Assembly (NCBI RefSeq): GCF_000012905.2
Contig: NC_007494.2
Span: 810,001-842,000 of the forward strand
DNA from: Cereibacter sphaeroides 2.4.1
GTDB taxonomy: Bacteria > Pseudomonadota > Alphaproteobacteria > Rhodobacterales > Rhodobacteraceae
DNA: 32,000 nt
Direction of reading: 5' to 3'
This document shows, in pieces, positions 16,268-25,646 of this stretch; position 1 is the stretch's first letter, and each line of letters opens with the position of its first letter. Under the pieces are notes generated by a model. It was given only the letters and a program-made list of their open reading frames with translations. It searched no databases and was not told where the DNA came from. The position numbers and the translations under genes were made by a program.

Positions 16268-17902
16268 ATGACCCAGGATCCCTCCCGTCCCGCGCCCGGC
16301 GCCGGTGACGTGCTTCTCGGCATCGACGTCGGCACCGGCAGTGCGCGCGCGGGCCTGTTCGACCGCGCGGGCAGGATGCTCGCCTCGGCCAAATGCGACA
16401 TCGCGATCTGGCGCGCGCCGGGCGCGATGGTCGAGCAGTCGAGCCGCGACATCTGGCAGGCGGTCTGCCGCGCGACCCGCACGGCGCTGGCCGAGGCGGG
16501 GCTGCCGCCCGAGGCGGTGGGCGGCGTGGGCTTCGACGCCACCTGCTCGCTCGTCGTGGTGGGCGAGGGCGGCGCGCCCCTGCCGGTCGGGCCTTCCGAG
16601 GATCCCGAGCGCAACATCATCGTCTGGATGGATCACCGCGCCGTGGCGCAGGCCGAGCGGATCAACGCGCAGGGCCACGAGGTGCTGCGCTATGTGGGCG
16701 GCCGCATCTCGCCCGAGATGGAGACGCCGAAGCTCCTGTGGCTGGCCGAGCACCGGCCCGACATCTTCGCCCGCGCCTGGCAGTTCTTCGATCTCGCGGA
16801 TTATCTCGGCTGGCGGGCGACGGGGGATCTGGCGCGCTCGACCTGCACCGTCACCTGCAAATGGACCTATCTCGCGCATGAGCACCGCTGGGACGCGGGC
16901 TATTTCCGGCAGGTGGGGCTCGGGGTGCTGGCGGACGAGGGCTTCGCGCGGATCGGCGCCCGGGTGGTGGAGCCCGGCACGCCGTTGGGCCAAGGGCTGA
17001 CGGGCGAGGCTGCAGCGGAGCTCGGCCTTCGTCCCGGCACGCCGGTGGGCGCGGGGCTGATCGACGCCCATGCCGGCGGGATCGGCACCGTGGGCGCCGA
17101 GGGCACGCCCGAGCGCGATCTGGCCTATGTGTTCGGCACCTCCTCCTGCACCATGACCACCACGCGCGAGCCGGTCTTCGTGCCGGGCGTGTGGGGCCCC
17201 TACCGCTCGGCCATGGTGCCCGGCATGTGGCTGAACGAGGGCGGCCAGTCGGCCGCGGGCGCGGCGATCGAGCAGCTTGTGTCCTTCCACCCCGCCGCGG
17301 CCGAGGCCGCCCGCGCCACGGAGGCCCTGGGCGAGGCGCTGCCCGTCCATCTGGCCCGGCTGGCCGCCGAGGGGCTCGCGGATCTGTCGGAGGTGGCCAC
17401 CCGCGCCGAGGGCCTGCATGTGGTGCCCGAATTCCTCGGCAACCGCGCGCCCTTCGCCGATCCCCATGCGCGGGCGGTGATCGCGGGCCTCGGGATGGAG
17501 CGCGACCTGCCGAGCCTCGTGTCGCTCTATGTGGCGGGGATCTGCGGCATCGCCTACGGGCTGCGCCAGATCCTCGAGGCGCAGGAGCGCGCGGGCGCCC
17601 CGGTCGAGCGGATCGCCATCTCGGGCGGTGCGGGCCAGCTCGACATGGTGCGCCAGCTGCTGGCCGATGCGACGGGCAAGCCCGTGCTGGCGAGCGCCGT
17701 GGCGGAGCCGGTGCTGCTGGGCTCGGCCATCCTCGGCGCGGTGGCGGCCGGGCACGAGCCCGACATGACGGCCGCCATGCAGCGCATGTCGCGCACGGCC
17801 GCGCACTACGAGCCCGCCGGGGGTGCCATCGCGGCGCTGCACGACCGCCGCTATGCGGCCTTCCTCGCCCTGCAGGAGGCGGCCCGGGCCGCGCGCGGCT
17901 GA
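16268..17902 (+). CDS. FGGY-family pentulose kinase (probable D-ribulokinase)
   Basis: 544 aa. The N-terminal LLGIDVGTGSARAGLFD is the FGGY/actin-like ATPase phosphate-1 motif. The protein also has WMDHRA, EMETPKLLWL and a C-terminal GGAGQ...LLADATG. The size matches the roughly 540-aa five-carbon-sugar kinase subfamily. Confidence 0.85.
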   Translation: MTQDPSRPAPGAGDVLLGIDVGTGSARAGLFDRAGRMLASAKCDIAIWRAPGAMVEQSSRDIWQAVCRATRTALAEAGLPPEAVGGVGFDATCSLVVVGEGGAPLPVGPSEDPERNIIVWMDHRAVAQAERINAQGHEVLRYVGGRISPEMETPKLLWLAEHRPDIFARAWQFFDLADYLGWRATGDLARSTCTVTCKWTYLAHEHRWDAGYFRQVGLGVLADEGFARIGARVVEPGTPLGQGLTGEAAAELGLRPGTPVGAGLIDAHAGGIGTVGAEGTPERDLAYVFGTSSCTMTTTREPVFVPGVWGPYRSAMVPGMWLNEGGQSAAGAAIEQLVSFHPAAAEAARATEALGEALPVHLARLAAEGLADLSEVATRAEGLHVVPEFLGNRAPFADPHARAVIAGLGMERDLPSLVSLYVAGICGIAYGLRQILEAQERAGAPVERIAISGGAGQLDMVRQLLADATGKPVLASAVAEPVLLGSAILGAVAAGHEPDMTAAMQRMSRTAAHYEPAGGAIAALHDRRYAAFLALQEAARAARG

Positions 17903-17930
17903 CGGGTGGATCGGGGATGGAGGCGGAAGA

Positions 17931-17951
17931 GCGGGGGCTTCGCGCCCCCGC
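17931..17951 (+). terminator. Candidate terminator hairpin after the kinase gene
   Basis: GCGGGGGC / GCCCCCGC form a perfect 8-bp stem with a 5-nt loop. A tandem second copy of GCCCCCGC (17952-17959) follows, then GGGATATTTG. The hairpin lies between convergent stops at 17902 and 17994. Confidence 0.5.
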
Positions 17952-17993
17952 GCCCCCGCGGGATATTTGCGCCAGAATGAAAGCAGCCGGGGG

Positions 17994-18521
17994 TCAGCCG
18001 CCCATCGCCTCGTTGTCGTCGGGCAGCGCGTCGAGGGGGGCGATGCGGTAGACCACATCCTTGCGCAGAACCGCGCCCTCGGCCTGGAGGCGCGAGAAGG
18101 CCGGGATCGGGATCAGCCGCAGCCCCCCGCCTTCCATCGGCAGACCCGAGCCGAGCAGCCGGTAGATGCCGAGATCGATCAGGTCGAGACGGAGCGAGTC
18201 CTTTCCCGGCAGGAACAGCACGAGGCGCAGCTCGCGCGGGCCGGCAGGGGCGACGGTGATGAGCATCCGGTCGGGCGGCGGGACCTGTGGCGCGGCGGAG
18301 GCCAGCGTCACCAGCGCCCGGTAGCGCGCGAGCCCCTGCGCCAGATAGGCCACGAGCGCCTCGGCCACGCGGAGCGCCGGCGGCACCTCGGCATCGGTCA
18401 GCCAGTGGTCGGGCGGCTGCGGCACCATCGGATGCGGCGCGGCGGCCTGTGCGGCGGGACGCGCCCCTCCGGCGGATCGCGGGGTCTGCATCGGCAGACC
18501 GGACAGGCCTTCACTCGGCAT
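17994..18521 (-). CDS. Hypothetical protein with no family recognised
   Basis: 175 aa with high GC3 and genome-typical amino-acid composition. The overlapping plus-strand ORF is Arg/Gly-rich junk by contrast. A GAGG lies 7 nt upstream of ATG 18521. The N-terminal 45 aa or so are Pro/Ala-rich, followed by a C-terminal domain of about 130 aa. Confidence 0.6.
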   Translation of the reverse strand: MPSEGLSGLPMQTPRSAGGARPAAQAAAPHPMVPQPPDHWLTDAEVPPALRVAEALVAYLAQGLARYRALVTLASAAPQVPPPDRMLITVAPAGPRELRLVLFLPGKDSLRLDLIDLGIYRLLGSGLPMEGGGLRLIPIPAFSRLQAEGAVLRKDVVYRIAPLDALPDDNEAMGG

Positions 18522-18827
18522 CGCGGCACCTCGTCAACAAGCGGGGGACAGCCTTTCGTCGGATGTCCCGGGGGAGTATAGCCGTCCAACGGCGGAGGCA
18601 GGCCCCCGGTGCCGCCCTGCGGCACGGACATTTTGCCGCGGCCCGCGGCGGCGGCGCAGGACCGGACTGCCTCCCTTTTCCGCTCCGGGCCCGATCCGCG
18701 GCAGCGGCCCTGCGCGGCGCCGGCCTGCGCGGCCCCGGGCCGTGCTCCGCCACGGCTGCGACGGCATGGACCCTCGCCTCCGTCGCTTTCGGAGGCGCAG
18801 TTACTGGCACGCAAGGATCCAGCGGCT

Positions 18828-20519
18828 ATGGTGGGGCCCGCAACCGGGAGAATCGTCGTGACGTCACGGATCGTGGTCTTGGGCGGGGGCTTCGGAGGCA
18901 TGTATGCCGCCCGCGCCCTCAAGCGCCGGCTCGGCAGGGCCGCCGAGATCGAGCTCGTCAATGCCGAGAACTATTTCGTCTTCCAGCCCCTCCTGCCCGA
19001 GGTGGGCGCGGGCTCCATCACGCCCGCCCATGCGGTCTCGCCGCTGCGCTTCCTGCTGCGCGACGTGTTCGTCCGCAAGGCCACCGTCGACAGCGTCGAT
19101 TTCGACCGCCGCCTCGTCACGGTCTTTCAGGGCGTCCAGCGCCGCCCGACCGAGATCGGCTACGATCATCTGGTGATCGCGCTGGGACAGGCGGCCGATC
19201 TGTCGAAGATGCCGGGGCTCGAGGAACATGCGCTGACCATGCGCACGCTCGAGGATGCCCGCCGCCTGCGCGCCCATGTGATCGGCCAGCTCGAACATGC
19301 CCAGATCACCCGCCTGCCCGAGGTCAAGCGCGGCGCCCTGACCTTCTGCGTGGTGGGCGGCGGCTTCTCGGGGATCGAGACCGCGGGCGAAATGAAGGAT
19401 CTGATCGACCGCTCGCTGAAGTTCTATCCCGACATCGATCCGTCCGAGGTGCGGATGATCGTCGTCGAATTCGCCGACCGGATCCTGGGCGAGATGTCTC
19501 AAGGGCTGGCCGATTATGCGACGCGCACGCTGCGGGAGCGCGGGATCGAGGTCAAGCTCGGCACCGGCGTGGCGAGCGCCACGGGGACGCAGCTCGTGAC
19601 CACGACCGGCGAGGTGATCGACACCCGCACCATCGTGGCCACCATCGGCAATGCCCCCTCGCCCGTCGTCCGCCGCATGGGGCTGCCGTCCGAGCGCGGG
19701 CGGATCTCGGTCGACCGCACACTGGCGGTGAAGGGACGGAGCGACGTCTGGGCGCTCGGAGACTGTGCGCTGATCGCGCTGAAGGACGCGCCGCAGGGGC
19801 CGCGCGACTATGCGCCTCCCACCGCGCAGTTCGCGGTGCGGGAGGCCGAGCAGCTGGCCGAGAACATCGCCTCCACCCTCACGGGCGGCACGCCGCAGCC
19901 GTTCGACTATCGCTCGAAGGGGGCGCTTGCCTCGCTGGGCGCGCGCAAGGGCGTGGCGCAGGTCTTCGGCCTGGAGCTGAAGGGCTTTCCGGCCTGGCTC
20001 CTGTGGCGCTTCTACTACCTGGCCTTCCTGCCCGGCCTCACCACGCGGATCTTCGTGCTTCTGAACTGGTTCATGGACGGGATCAGCCCGCGCAGCGTCG
20101 TGCAGCTGCATACGCGCAGCGTGCCGCCGACCCGCTATGTCCGCTACCGCGCGGGCGACGTGATCTACGAGGCGGGCAACCGCTCGGACGGGTTCTATAC
20201 GGTGGTCACCGGCGCGGTGGAGATGACGCGGACCGATCCCGAAACCGGCCTGCCGCAGGTCCGCACCATCGGGCCCGGCGGCCATTTCGGCGAGCGGCTG
20301 ATCCTCGGGGCGACGCGGCGGCAGACCAGCGTGCGTGCGGCCGAGGATACGAAGGTGCTGGTGATGGACCGCGAGGAGTTCCTGAAGCTCGCCGACAGCT
20401 TCCAGGCCTTCCGGGACTATTTCGGCCCCTACATGGCCCGTCATGGAATGACATGGCCGCCGCTCGGCGAGACGGACGGTCAGGCGGCCCCCAAGCCGGT
20501 GCCGACGGAGAAGGACTGA
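18828..20519 (+). CDS. Type II NADH dehydrogenase (NDH-2, FAD/NAD(P)-binding) fused to a C-terminal cyclic-nucleotide-binding (CAP effector-type) domain
   Basis: There are two dinucleotide-binding motifs (VVLGGGFGG and FCVVGGGFSGIETAGE), plus ALGDCA and a hydrophobic C-terminal NDH-2 segment (FPAWLLWRFYYLAFLPGL). The cNMP domain follows at about nt 20110-20430: YRAGDVIYEAGNRSDGFYTVVTGAVEM ... GPGGHFGERLILG...RRQTSVRAAEDTKVLVMDREEF. The start is ATG 18828 or GTG 18858 (GGGAG 7 nt upstream). The track start at 18609 gives a Pro/Arg-rich extension and is rejected. Confidence 0.85.
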   Translation: MVGPATGRIVVTSRIVVLGGGFGGMYAARALKRRLGRAAEIELVNAENYFVFQPLLPEVGAGSITPAHAVSPLRFLLRDVFVRKATVDSVDFDRRLVTVFQGVQRRPTEIGYDHLVIALGQAADLSKMPGLEEHALTMRTLEDARRLRAHVIGQLEHAQITRLPEVKRGALTFCVVGGGFSGIETAGEMKDLIDRSLKFYPDIDPSEVRMIVVEFADRILGEMSQGLADYATRTLRERGIEVKLGTGVASATGTQLVTTTGEVIDTRTIVATIGNAPSPVVRRMGLPSERGRISVDRTLAVKGRSDVWALGDCALIALKDAPQGPRDYAPPTAQFAVREAEQLAENIASTLTGGTPQPFDYRSKGALASLGARKGVAQVFGLELKGFPAWLLWRFYYLAFLPGLTTRIFVLLNWFMDGISPRSVVQLHTRSVPPTRYVRYRAGDVIYEAGNRSDGFYTVVTGAVEMTRTDPETGLPQVRTIGPGGHFGERLILGATRRQTSVRAAEDTKVLVMDREEFLKLADSFQAFRDYFGPYMARHGMTWPPLGETDGQAAPKPVPTEKD

Positions 20520-20546
20520 CCGGCCGCCCCGCAGGGGACGGCCGGT
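20519..20546. terminator. Bidirectional GC-rich hairpin between convergent genes
   Basis: ACCGGCCGCCCC pairs with GGGGACGGCCGGT, giving 8 bp plus 3-4 bp with one bulged A and a small loop. It fills almost the whole 34-nt gap between the stops at 20519 (+) and 20554 (-). There is no U-tract. Confidence 0.55.
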
Positions 20547-20553
20547 CGCAGGA

Positions 20554-22215
20554 TCAGCGGCCCTGACGCTGGAAGGCCCGGTCGAGATCGTCGTCCGACC
20601 CGTCGAGGCTGAAGCTGAACCCGCCCGGGGTCACCTTCGCGGGGCTCGGAGCCGCCGCGGCGGCGGGGGTCTTCCGCCCGCCCTCGACGATGCGGAGCTG
20701 CGGCGCGGCAGGGGCCGGGGCGGCCTCGGAGAGGCGGAAGAAGGACACGGTCGTCTCGAGCTGCTCCGCCTGGCCCGACAGTTCGTTGGCGCCGCCGGCC
20801 AGCTGCTGGGAGGCCGAGCTGTTCTGCTGGGTCACCTTGTCGAGCTGCTGGATCGCCGTCGCCACCTGCTGCGCCCCGGCTGCCAGTTCCCGCGAGGCCA
20901 CCGAGATGTCGGTCACGAGCCGCGAGGTGTTCTCGATGTCGGGCACGAGCTGGTTCAGCATCTCGCCGGCGCCGGTCGCCGCCCGGACGGTGCCCGCCGA
21001 GAGCTGCGAGATCTCGGCCGCGGCGGCCTGGCTGCGTTCGGCCAGCTTGCGCACTTCGGAGGCCACGACCGCGAAGCCCCGCCCGTGCTCGCCCGCCCGC
21101 GCCGCCTCGACGGCCGCATTGAGGGCGAGAAGGTCGGTCTGGCGCGCGATTTCCTGCACCATCATGATCTTGTCGGCGATCGACCGCATGGCGCCCACCG
21201 CCTCTTCCACGGCAGCCCCCGAGGCGCGGGCATCCTCTGCCGCCTTCGAGGCGATGCGTTCGGTCTGCATCGCGTTGTCGGCGGCCTGCTTGATGTTCGC
21301 GGCCATCTGCTCGACCGAGGCCGAGGCTTCTTCGGTGGCCGAAGCCTGCTCGCTCGCGCCCTGGCTCAGCTGTTCGGAGGTCGCGGCCATCTCACCGCTG
21401 CCCGAGGAGACCTGACGGGCCACCGACGAGACGCCGCCCACCACTTCGCGCAGCTTCTCCACCATGAGGTTGTTCGACTTGAGAAGTTCGGCGATCTCGT
21501 CGCGGCCGCGGGCATCCGCCTGGGCGCTCAGGTCGCCGGCCGCCACGCGTTTCGACAGATCGAGCGCCCGGCGCAGGCCCCCGGCAATGCTCATGGTGAT
21601 CCAGACGGCAGCCGCAATCCCCACCACGCCCGCAAGCGCCAGGAGGCCGATCAGCATCTTCTTCGCCTCGTCCATGATCGCCTGGACATCGCTCTCGGCC
21701 GCGTCAAGCGCCTCGAGCTGCTGGGCGACGATGGCGGCGGCCAGCTCCTCGCGCTTCTTCTGGGTCGCCAGATAGTCCGGGTCGAGCAGGAGGTTCGACG
21801 CGCCTTCCAGATCGTTCTTCTTCGAGAATTCGATCGCCTTGTTGTTGATCTCGGAGATGCCCTTCCGCAGGGCCGTGTATTCGTCGAGCAGGGCGCGGCC
21901 CTCTGGGTCCAGTTTCGCCGCCTCGAGCGCGTCCATGGCGTCCTTCTGCTGCGCCCGCGCCTCGACCATCTCGTCCTCGAGCCGGCGCATGGCCCCCTCG
22001 TTGCGGGTGATGAGATGTTCGCGGATCGCCGCCTTCAGCCGAAGCTGCGCGGAGTTCAGCTCCTGGACCTTGACCGTGTTCTGGACCTGGTTCTCGATCA
22101 TCTCGGTGAGCTGTGCGTCGATGTGATTGAAATCCCGCACCGCCACCAGCCCGGCGATGCCTGAGAGAAGAAAGACCGCAAGGAACGTCGCGGCGAGCTT
22201 GAGCTTGATCGTCAT
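20554..22215 (-). CDS. Methyl-accepting chemotaxis protein (two TM segments, periplasmic helical-bundle sensor, HAMP, MA signalling domain)
   Basis: 553 aa. TM1 is [20 protein letters not shown] and TM2 is [23 protein letters not shown]. The highly conserved MCP hairpin tip reads [40 protein letters not shown]. The tail is Ala/Pro-rich with no NWETF-type pentapeptide. Confidence 0.92.
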   Translation of the reverse strand: MTIKLKLAATFLAVFLLSGIAGLVAVRDFNHIDAQLTEMIENQVQNTVKVQELNSAQLRLKAAIREHLITRNEGAMRRLEDEMVEARAQQKDAMDALEAAKLDPEGRALLDEYTALRKGISEINNKAIEFSKKNDLEGASNLLLDPDYLATQKKREELAAAIVAQQLEALDAAESDVQAIMDEAKKMLIGLLALAGVVGIAAAVWITMSIAGGLRRALDLSKRVAAGDLSAQADARGRDEIAELLKSNNLMVEKLREVVGGVSSVARQVSSGSGEMAATSEQLSQGASEQASATEEASASVEQMAANIKQAADNAMQTERIASKAAEDARASGAAVEEAVGAMRSIADKIMMVQEIARQTDLLALNAAVEAARAGEHGRGFAVVASEVRKLAERSQAAAAEISQLSAGTVRAATGAGEMLNQLVPDIENTSRLVTDISVASRELAAGAQQVATAIQQLDKVTQQNSSASQQLAGGANELSGQAEQLETTVSFFRLSEAAPAPAAPQLRIVEGGRKTPAAAAAPSPAKVTPGGFSFSLDGSDDDLDRAFQRQGR

Positions 22216-22476
22216 GATGGGCCTCTATCCTCGTAATGAACCTGCATACGAGATGCGCTCAAAGGCCCTGCAGGTCGAGCGCTCCACCGGTATGGACGGA
22301 ACAATCTGGCGGAAGCGCTTGCGCCCTGCGGTCGGGGTGCCGCATCATCAAGACGGCGGGACCCATCCCAAAGAGAGGCATTATCGGCACCAGCCGCACC
22401 GCCGCGCGGCAGGGACGCCGGGATCGACCGACAGGGAGCGGCAGGCAACCCGATCCGAATATAAGGAGGAAAAGCC

Positions 22477-22923
22477 TTAACGAATCGCCATCGGCGGCGC
22501 TTTCGGAGGCCTCGGGCTCTCCAGATCCTCGGGAGAGAGCGTGCCCACGTCCGGCGGACCCTCGCTCGGGTCGGGGTGCGGCACGGCCGCGGGCACGCCG
22601 CCGCGGCCCTCTGCCCGGTCGCGGTGCAGCGCCGCGCGGCCAAGCATCATCAGCGTCACCGGGGTGGTGATCATCACGAAGGCGCCGATCACCAGCTCGT
22701 GCAGCACCGGCCGCCCCTGCATCCAGCTGAAGAGCAGGATCGCCGCGAGGATGATCCCCGCGGCGCCCCAGCTCGTGCCGAGGGTGGGCGCGTGGAGCCG
22801 GTCGTAGAAGCTGCGCAGCTGCACGAGCCCGACCGTGCCAAGAAGCGTCAGCGTGCTGCCGAGGACGAGAAACAGCGCGATCGGAAGCGCGAGCCAGAGC
22901 GGGACGGTCTCGAGATGCGTCAT
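22477..22923 (-). CDS. mrpG: Na+(K+)/H+ antiporter subunit G (MrpG/PhaG/MnhG)
   Basis: 148 aa counted from ATG 22923 ([22 protein letters not shown]...). It has three TM segments, including [12 protein letters not shown] typical of MnhG. A 4-nt overlap links it to mrpF. The longer track ORF extends into mrpF out of frame. Confidence 0.85.
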   Translation of the reverse strand: MTHLETVPLWLALPIALFLVLGSTLTLLGTVGLVQLRSFYDRLHAPTLGTSWGAAGIILAAILLFSWMQGRPVLHELVIGAFVMITTPVTLMMLGRAALHRDRAEGRGGVPAAVPHPDPSEGPPDVGTLSPEDLESPRPPKAPPMAIR

Positions 22924-23201
22924 TCGATGATCTCTCCCCGGATGAGGAACTTCGCCAGCGAGACGGTGGCCACGAAGCCCAGCACGCCGATCACCAGCGA
23001 CACTTCGAAGAAGAAGGTCGTCCCGAGCCGCATCCCCGCCACCACGAAGAAGAGCATCGCGGTCACATAGAGCGTGTCGAGCGCCAGCACCCTGTCCTGC
23101 GCGCGCGGCCCGTGCAGCAGACGCCAGCAGACGAGACAGCTGGCCAGGGCCAGCAGGAACTGGGCATAGGTCAGGGCGGCCGAGAGGATCGTGGCGCTCA
23201 T
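22920..23201 (-). CDS. mrpF: Na+(K+)/H+ antiporter subunit F (MrpF/PhaF)
   Basis: 93 aa counted from ATG 23201 ([17 protein letters not shown]...). It has three TM segments with DRVLALDTL typical of MnhF. There are 4-nt overlaps at both ends. Confidence 0.85.
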   Translation of the reverse strand: MSATILSAALTYAQFLLALASCLVCWRLLHGPRAQDRVLALDTLYVTAMLFFVVAGMRLGTTFFFEVSLVIGVLGFVATVSLAKFLIRGEIIE

Positions 23202-23686
23202 TCGAAGATCTCCAGCAGCAGGGCCTCGTAGCGGTCGCGGATGAGGCGGATCCATTCCTCCTCGTCCACCATGTCGAAGACATGGATGAGCAGCACTCCC
23301 GTCTCGGCATCGTGCTCGAGCCAGGCGGTGCCGGGCGTGGCGGTCAGGATGATCGCGAGCAGCGCGAGCGCGGGCTGCGAACGCAGCCTGAGCGGGATCT
23401 GCAGGAAGTCCGACCGGCGCGCGCCGTGGCGGCCGCCGTTCAGGATGAGAAGCGCCACCGCCGCATTCGAGCGGACGATGTCGAGGCTCACGATCCCCAC
23501 GAGACGGAAGACCGGCCCCCAGCGCCGGATCTGCGGTTGCGCGGGCTGCAGCGCGGCCATCGCCTTCCCCGCGATCAGCGCGATGCCGCTGCCGAGGATC
23601 AGGTGGCCCAGCGAGAAGCGCGTGAGCAGAAGCCACATCACGAGAAGCGCCAGCGACAGGAGCGGATAGGGCACAAGACGGCTCAT
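23198..23686 (-). CDS. mrpE: Na+(K+)/H+ antiporter subunit E (MrpE/PhaE)
   Basis: 162 aa counted from ATG 23686 ([21 protein letters not shown]...). Its position and size fit MnhE. There are 4-nt overlaps at both ends. Confidence 0.8.
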   Translation of the reverse strand: MSRLVPYPLLSLALLVMWLLLTRFSLGHLILGSGIALIAGKAMAALQPAQPQIRRWGPVFRLVGIVSLDIVRSNAAVALLILNGGRHGARRSDFLQIPLRLRSQPALALLAIILTATPGTAWLEHDAETGVLLIHVFDMVDEEEWIRLIRDRYEALLLEIFE

Positions 23687-25305
23687 GGGGCGGCGCTCCC
23701 CTCGGTGACGCGCGGGGCGGCGAAGACGCCGTCGGCATAGATGGCAGGCTCGTGCAGCGCCCGCGCGGTGGCCTGCATATAGCGCAGCGTATCCTCGGCC
23801 CGGACGGTCAGCGTCACGAGCAGCGCGATCAGCCCCAGCACCGGCGCGATCTCGAGCGCGAGCACCTTCGGCACCGAACCGTCGGTGGCCCAGAAGGTCT
23901 GGATGCCGATCCGCACGAGGCCGATCAGGGTGGCGAACCCGGCAAGGAACAGGAGCGACAGGAAGGCCCAGCCGAGGAGCGGATCGAAGCCCGGCGCGGC
24001 CAGCAGGGGCGCCAGCATCGCGATCTTGCCGATGAAGCCCGACAGCGGCGGCAGGCCCGCCAGCGCGAGGACACAGGCGCCGAAGCTCAGCCCCAGCACG
24101 GTCAGCGTGCCCGGGATGGCGAGCCCCACCTCGGGCTCGTCCTCCTCGGCCTCGTCGAGCCCGTAGGCATCGGCGGTCAGGGCCAGCATGGCGGCGATGC
24201 CGCCCTCCTCGCGGCTCATCGGCTCGATGAGCAGGAAGAGCGCCCCGGTGGCGAGGGTCGAACTGACGAGGTAATAGAGCGCGCCGCCCAGCATCTCGGG
24301 GCCGCCGCCCGCGAGCGCGAAGCCCACGACGCCCAGCACGGTGCCCGACGAGATCAGCACCATATTGGCCGTCATCCGTCCGAGCCCCTGCGAGGCCAGC
24401 ACGCCCAGCAGGCCGAAGGCGACGGTGGCCATGCCGCCCGCGATCAGCACCCCCGATCCGAAGCCCGCGGAGGCGGCTGCCGCCGGCCCGAAGAGCAGCA
24501 TCGAGACCCGCAGGATGACATAGACGCCCACCTTGGTCATGATCGCGAACATGGCTGCAACGGGTGCCGCGCCCGCCATGTAGGCGGTGGGCAGCCAGAA
24601 GGAGAGCGGCCAGATCCCCGCCTTCACGAGGAAGGCAAGCCCCAGAAGCGCCGCTCCGGCATGCAGGATCGGCAGGTCGGCCTCGGCCAGCGTCGGCACG
24701 ATCCGCGCCAGATGCGCCATGTTGAGCGTGCCGGTCACGCCGTAGATCAGGCTGACCCCGATCAGGAACAGCAGCGAGGCCGCGAGGTTGATCGCGATGT
24801 AATGCAGCCCCGCCCGGATGCGCAGCTGCCCCGACCCGTGCAGGAGCAGCCCGTAGGAGGCCGCGAGCAGCACCTCGAAGAAGACGAAGAGGTTGAAGAG
24901 GTCGCCGGTCAGGAAGGCCCCGTTCAGCCCCATCAGGAGGAACTGGAACAGCGAATGGAAGTGCTTGCCCTGCCGGTGCCAGCCGGCCGAGGCATAGAGC
25001 AGCGTCGGGATCGCCAGCAGCGCCGTCAGCAGCAGCATCAGCGCCGAGAGCCGGTCGATCACCAGCGCGATGCCGAAGGGCACCGCCCAGTCTCCGAGCA
25101 GGTAGAAGCCGATGTCGTTGCCGCCCGAGGCCGCGTTGCCCTTCGACCCCGCCAGAAGCTCTGCCGCCACCAGAAGAAGCGCCACCGTCGATCCGACCGA
25201 GATCGCGACCTTCGCCTTCCGCTGCCGGTCGTCGTAGAGCAGCATCAGCGCCCCCGCCACGAACGGGATGAGGATCGGGGCGACGATAAGATGGTGCGCG
25301 CTCAT
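23683..25305 (-). CDS. mrpD: Na+(K+)/H+ antiporter subunit D (MrpD/PhaD, NuoN/ND2-like)
   Basis: 540 aa and polytopic. It has complex-I antiporter-like subunit motifs ([10 protein letters not shown] and [13 protein letters not shown]). Confidence 0.9.
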   Translation of the reverse strand: MSAHHLIVAPILIPFVAGALMLLYDDRQRKAKVAISVGSTVALLLVAAELLAGSKGNAASGGNDIGFYLLGDWAVPFGIALVIDRLSALMLLLTALLAIPTLLYASAGWHRQGKHFHSLFQFLLMGLNGAFLTGDLFNLFVFFEVLLAASYGLLLHGSGQLRIRAGLHYIAINLAASLLFLIGVSLIYGVTGTLNMAHLARIVPTLAEADLPILHAGAALLGLAFLVKAGIWPLSFWLPTAYMAGAAPVAAMFAIMTKVGVYVILRVSMLLFGPAAAASAGFGSGVLIAGGMATVAFGLLGVLASQGLGRMTANMVLISSGTVLGVVGFALAGGGPEMLGGALYYLVSSTLATGALFLLIEPMSREEGGIAAMLALTADAYGLDEAEEDEPEVGLAIPGTLTVLGLSFGACVLALAGLPPLSGFIGKIAMLAPLLAAPGFDPLLGWAFLSLLFLAGFATLIGLVRIGIQTFWATDGSVPKVLALEIAPVLGLIALLVTLTVRAEDTLRYMQATARALHEPAIYADGVFAAPRVTEGSAAP

Positions 25306-25646
25306 TCCTCGCGCTCCTTTCCGTCGACATGGTCGGTGCCCGTCACCCCGCGCGAGGCCATCATCACCACGAGAAAGAGCGCGGTGGTGGCGAAGCTGAT
25401 GACGATGGCCGTCAGCACCAGCGCCTGCGGCAGCGGATCGGCATAGCGCGCCGGATCGATGAAGCCGCCCTTGGGCATGATCGGCGGCTGGGCCAGCGTG
25501 AGCCGGCCCGTCGAGAAGATGAAGAGATTGACCGAATAGGACAGGAGGCAGAGACCCACGATCACCTGGAAGGTGCGCGGCCGCAGGAGAAGCCAGATCC
25601 CCGACCCGGCGAGGATGCCGATGGCGAGCGACAGGACGATTTCCAT
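25302..25646 (-). CDS. mrpC: Na+(K+)/H+ antiporter subunit C (MrpC/PhaC, NuoK-like)
   Basis: 114 aa with three TM segments. It is overlap-coupled to mrpA/B (1 nt) and mrpD (4 nt). Confidence 0.85.
   Translation of the reverse strand: MEIVLSLAIGILAGSGIWLLLRPRTFQVIVGLCLLSYSVNLFIFSTGRLTLAQPPIMPKGGFIDPARYADPLPQALVLTAIVISFATTALFLVVMMASRGVTGTDHVDGKEREE

Noticed and set aside
18609-18827. The 636-aa version of the NDH-2 ORF with a GTG-type start at 18609.
   Set aside because: The extension is Pro/Ala/Arg-rich with no homology pattern. The FAD-binding fold starts right after ATG 18828 or GTG 18858, and both of those have SD sequences.
22463-22469. A perfect plus-strand Shine-Dalgarno-like AAGGAGG next to the mrpG stop.
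   Set aside because: No ATG, GTG or TTG lies within 5-12 nt downstream on the plus strand. The plus-strand ORF covering it (22236-22670) has junk composition. This is treated as coincidence.
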